Positions 33,888 to 36,193 of a stretch of 36,193 nt of DNA are shown here, one piece after another. The DNA lies in IMG/VR virus record IMGVR_UViG_3300048580_000411, positions 1 to 36,193 of that record; one strand, given 5' to 3'. The translations under genes and the position numbers were made by a program. Source of the DNA: a virus. Lineage: Duplodnaviria > Caudoviricetes. The notes below the pieces were generated by a model. The model ran no database searches and was not told the DNA's origin. It saw only the letters and a list, made by a program, of their open reading frames with translations. Each line of letters begins with the position of its first letter. The first letter of the stretch is position 1.

Positions 33888-34601
33888 TCAGACCGCCCTG
33901 GTGAACTCCACCACCACGGCGAGAAACACACGCCCGTCGTGGGCGGCGGGAATCCACACGGCTTGGTGGTGCCCGTTGTCTTTGCGGATGACGGCGGATC
34001 GGTCGGCCCGCCATTCCCAGCGCCCCACGAACCCCGCCGGCGGAATCAGTTGCAGTCCATCGGGTGTCTTGATCGCCTTGCCCTGGCTCTGCTGGACGGC
34101 GGGATGCGTCCACGCGACCACAACCCGCCCATCTTGCAGGCGGTCAACGTCCTCTTCGTCCTCGATGGGCTCGCACACGATGATGTCCCCGGGCTGAAAA
34201 AGCGGCTGCATCGATGTGCCTTCGACCGTCACCGCGAACGCGGCGGGATGGGTGGCACGTCGACCGCGGGGCACCTGCTTGGTCCCGTCGGGGAAGTCCT
34301 GGGCGTCCCCACGATCCAGCCACGCGCGGCCGGCGCTGGCGATGGTGGGGAGGAGGGGGATGGTGTCGGTGGCTTTGGGCTGGACCACGATTGTCGCGAG
34401 CGTCTTTTCGAGCTCACGCCGATCTGCTTTGATCGCCTTCAAATAGGCATCAACGTCGTCGTCGTCTAGGCCCAGCTTGCCTCGCTCGCGTGCGCCGATC
34501 GTCGTGAATGAAACGCCCATCGCGTCCTCAAGGTCGCGAAGGCTCAGGCTGCGGGCTTCGCGCATCCTGCGCAGCGCCATTCCAAGGCGAGGGTCCGACA
34601 T
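33888..34601 (-). CDS. CI/LexA-like repressor (XRE HTH + S24 peptidase-like domain)
   Basis: LRRMREARSLSLRDLEDAMGVSFTTIGARERG HTH, SAG cleavage-site-like motif, and AFAVTVEGTSMQP..QPGD. Confidence 0.9.
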   Translation of the reverse strand: MSDPRLGMALRRMREARSLSLRDLEDAMGVSFTTIGARERGKLGLDDDDVDAYLKAIKADRRELEKTLATIVVQPKATDTIPLLPTIASAGRAWLDRGDAQDFPDGTKQVPRGRRATHPAAFAVTVEGTSMQPLFQPGDIIVCEPIEDEEDVDRLQDGRVVVAWTHPAVQQSQGKAIKTPDGLQLIPPAGFVGRWEWRADRSAVIRKDNGHHQAVWIPAAHDGRVFLAVVVEFTRAV

Positions 34602-34609
34602 GTGGGGCC

Positions 34610-34639
34610 ATCGTATTCAACACGTTTTTGATTGTGCAA
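34610..34639 (-). promoter_or_regulatory. Putative repressor promoter (near-leaderless)
   Basis: Minus strand reads TTGCAC-18 nt-TACGAT-8 nt-ATG, with no SD. Confidence 0.55.
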
Positions 34640-34695
34640 GTGTTTTCCAGACAATAGGTTGTGAGTTTTCGTACAAAAATCGTGGGCAAACCGAG

Positions 34696-34724
34696 TTGCT
34701 TTTGTAGTGAATACGTGTTATCTT
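34696..34724 (+). promoter_or_regulatory. Putative early rightward sigma70-type promoter
   Basis: TTGCTT-17 nt-TATCTT with an extended TG, in the AT-rich intergenic region divergent from the repressor. Confidence 0.6.
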
Positions 34725-34744
34725 CATGGCAGGGAAGTTTCGCC

Positions 34745-35155
34745 ATGCTGTCACGCACTCACTCAATCTCTGAACTCAACACCACGACCCCGGCGCAAGC
34801 TGGCAGCGCAGCGAACTTCCCCTTCGATGGCGACGGTCGTGGTGTCTTGGTCACCCGCGTTGGAAACGACGCGGGTGCTTTTTCGTCTCACTCCTCTCTC
34901 GGTGGTTCGCTCGCGACTGACGACGCGAGTGAGCCTTTGTTGGCCTACCAGCAACGCCGTGCGGCGGTGCTGCTCGATGTGTCACTCGCGACCATGCGGC
35001 GACTGATCGCGGATGGGCTGGTCAAGGTCGTCCGCATTGAACCCAAGATCGTGCTGGTGCCTCACGACGAACTGAGGCGGTTCGTTCGCGAGAACGCCGG
35101 CGCGATGAAGAGCCTGCGCAGCGAGAAGCGGCGTGGGCGGGGAGCTCGCCCATGA
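34745..35155 (+). CDS. Excisionase-like (HTH_17/MerR-type) DNA-binding protein
   Basis: C-terminal PLLAYQQRRAAVLLDVSLATMRRLIADGLVKVVRIEPKIVLVPHDELRRFV fits Xis-like HTH. The N-terminal ~60 codons overlap the RNA structures, so the true start is uncertain. Confidence 0.7.
   Translation: MLSRTHSISELNTTTPAQAGSAANFPFDGDGRGVLVTRVGNDAGAFSSHSSLGGSLATDDASEPLLAYQQRRAAVLLDVSLATMRRLIADGLVKVVRIEPKIVLVPHDELRRFVRENAGAMKSLRSEKRRGRGARP
34779..34845 (+). ncRNA. Candidate structured antisense RNA (C4/CI-like)
   Basis: Perfect 11-bp closing stem ACACCACGACC/GGTCGTGGTGT. The enclosed 34801-34822 is complementary to 34732-34753 and partly to 35139-35149. Confidence 0.4.
34852..34883 (+). terminator. Intrinsic terminator/attenuator in the early leader
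   Basis: CACCCGCGT-TG-GAAA-CG-ACGCGGGTG-CTTTTT: 9 perfect bp plus 2 more pairs, a GNRA loop and a U-tract. Confidence 0.7.
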
Positions 35156-35388
35156 GAACCTTTGCCGAAATCGTCCGCACCACCAAGCCATTCAACAAGC
35201 CGCCGGCCATTGAGTGCCCCAAGTGCGGCGAGAGCATCGATCACCAGTCGCACCAGGACGCGGAGCCTGAGAACAACATGCCCGAGATTGTCGCGGGGTA
35301 TTACTGCACCTGCGGCTGGGAAGAGAAGCACGGGATGACGCGGGCGGAAGTTGAGGATTACTTCACCACGAAAGGGAACACGCTGTGA
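35152..35388 (+). CDS. Small Zn-finger-like protein
   Basis: CPKC...CTC, GGGGAG SD, ATGA overlap. Confidence 0.65.
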   Translation: MRTFAEIVRTTKPFNKPPAIECPKCGESIDHQSHQDAEPENNMPEIVAGYYCTCGWEEKHGMTRAEVEDYFTTKGNTL

Positions 35389-35531
35389 ACCAACAACCCC
35401 CCATCAAACTTGGACCTGGCGGCGACTTCACGCGCGATGACTGGTGTGACGACGACGACGCGACGCCGGTGATTGCGATGATCGTGTTGACGGTGATCGT
35501 GATTGTATTTGTTGCTCTTGCGATCTGGTGA
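35385..35531 (+). CDS. 48-aa acidic single-TM protein (absent from the ORF track)
   Basis: Translated by hand as MNQQPPIKLGPGGDFTRDDWCDDDDATPVIAMIVLTVIVIVFVALAIW*. GTGA overlap with the upstream stop and AAGGGA SD. Confidence 0.6.
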   Translation: MNQQPPIKLGPGGDFTRDDWCDDDDATPVIAMIVLTVIVIVFVALAIW

Positions 35532-35665
35532 ACTTCGGCAGGTGATGCAGGGCTCCGTTCGTGCAATCAAATGCCGCCGGGCTCAGGGCGTTGCGGATCG
35601 TTCCCGCCACTTGCCGCTTTCGGAATTGCCTGCGTTCGGATCGCGGGCCTATCAGGAGGTTTTTT

Positions 35666-36193
35666 ATGAGTCTGCTTGGTTCGATTACTCGGGGTCGCGT
35701 CGTGCGGCCATGGCGAACGGTTTTCTATGGCGTACAGGGCATTGGGAAGAGCACGTTTGCAGCGTACTCCCACAACCCCATCTTCATTCAGGCCGAAGAG
35801 GGGAGCGATCAACTCGATGTGTCGCGGTTCCCGCGCGCTCGCAGCTACGCCGACGTGCTGGCTCAGATCGATGCGCTCATGCACGATGAACACAACTTTC
35901 AGACGTGCGTGATTGACACTCTGGATGAACTGGAGAAGTACGTCAACGCCGAAGCGACCCGGCTGAACAACAACTATCCAATCGAGATGGTCGAGTTCTA
36001 CAACGGCTGGAAGATGGTTATTCCGCTGTGGCAAGCGTTCCTCAACAAGCTCGATGCCCTGCGTGAGCATCGCAACATGGCGATCCTGCTGCTGGGGCAC
36101 GCTCAGACTCAGAAGGTGCGGCCCCCGGACGGCGACGAATACACCGAGTATTCGATGTCGCTGCACCGCGATTCGCAGACGGATGTGAACAAG
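35666..36193 (+). CDS. Phage AAA_24/Sak4-like NTP-binding protein, 3'-truncated (absent from the ORF track)
   Basis: AGGAGGT SD and ATG 35666, reading MSLLGSITRGRVVRPWRTVFYGVQGIGKST (Walker A)...EEG...TCVIDTLD (Walker B)...LLLGH. Open to the window end. Confidence 0.88.
   Translation, partial: MSLLGSITRGRVVRPWRTVFYGVQGIGKSTFAAYSHNPIFIQAEEGSDQLDVSRFPRARSYADVLAQIDALMHDEHNFQTCVIDTLDELEKYVNAEATRLNNNYPIEMVEFYNGWKMVIPLWQAFLNKLDALREHRNMAILLLGHAQTQKVRPPDGDEYTEYSMSLHRDSQTDVNK

Noticed and set aside
33456-34469. 337-aa + strand ORF over integrase and repressor
   Set aside because: Shadow of two well-supported minus-strand genes.
1-36193. CRISPR array, DGR (RT with TR/VR), full tRNA or rRNA genes
   Set aside because: No regularly spaced repeats, reverse transcriptase motifs, long near-duplicate segments or complete canonical tRNA were seen by eye. 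Subtle cases could be missed without software.

Overview
This GC-rich 36 kb window is a large part of a temperate, short-tailed (podovirus-like) dsDNA phage genome. Left to right it holds a compact overlapping regulatory cluster with a LuxR-type HTH gene, then terminase small and large subunits, portal, FmdB-like Zn ribbon, scaffold, major capsid and head-tail genes. Next come two large tail/nozzle-like genes flanking a membrane/lysis-like cassette, a beta-helix tailspike-like protein and DNA-ejection proteins. These are followed by a 2575-aa polyvalent virion protein carrying HExxH metallopeptidase and zeta-toxin-like kinase modules, an NDT-fold gene and a metallophosphoesterase. The right end has an apparently intact attP, a tyrosine integrase, a CI-like repressor, a divergent early operon and a truncated AAA ATPase. 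The style of the integrase and beta-helix protein suggests a Planctomycetota host, which is inference from recalled family patterns. The most striking unexplained signal is a structured RNA in the early leader with antisense complementarity to ribosome-binding sites plus a premature terminator, resembling P4 CI / P1 C4 RNA immunity. Other notable signals are the FSAR-delimited modular polyvalent protein, in-frame TerS-TAG-TerL with a possible CTG start, a holin-lipoprotein fusion and a G-quadruplex-rich attP. All assignments come from reading motifs by eye; no database searches were run.
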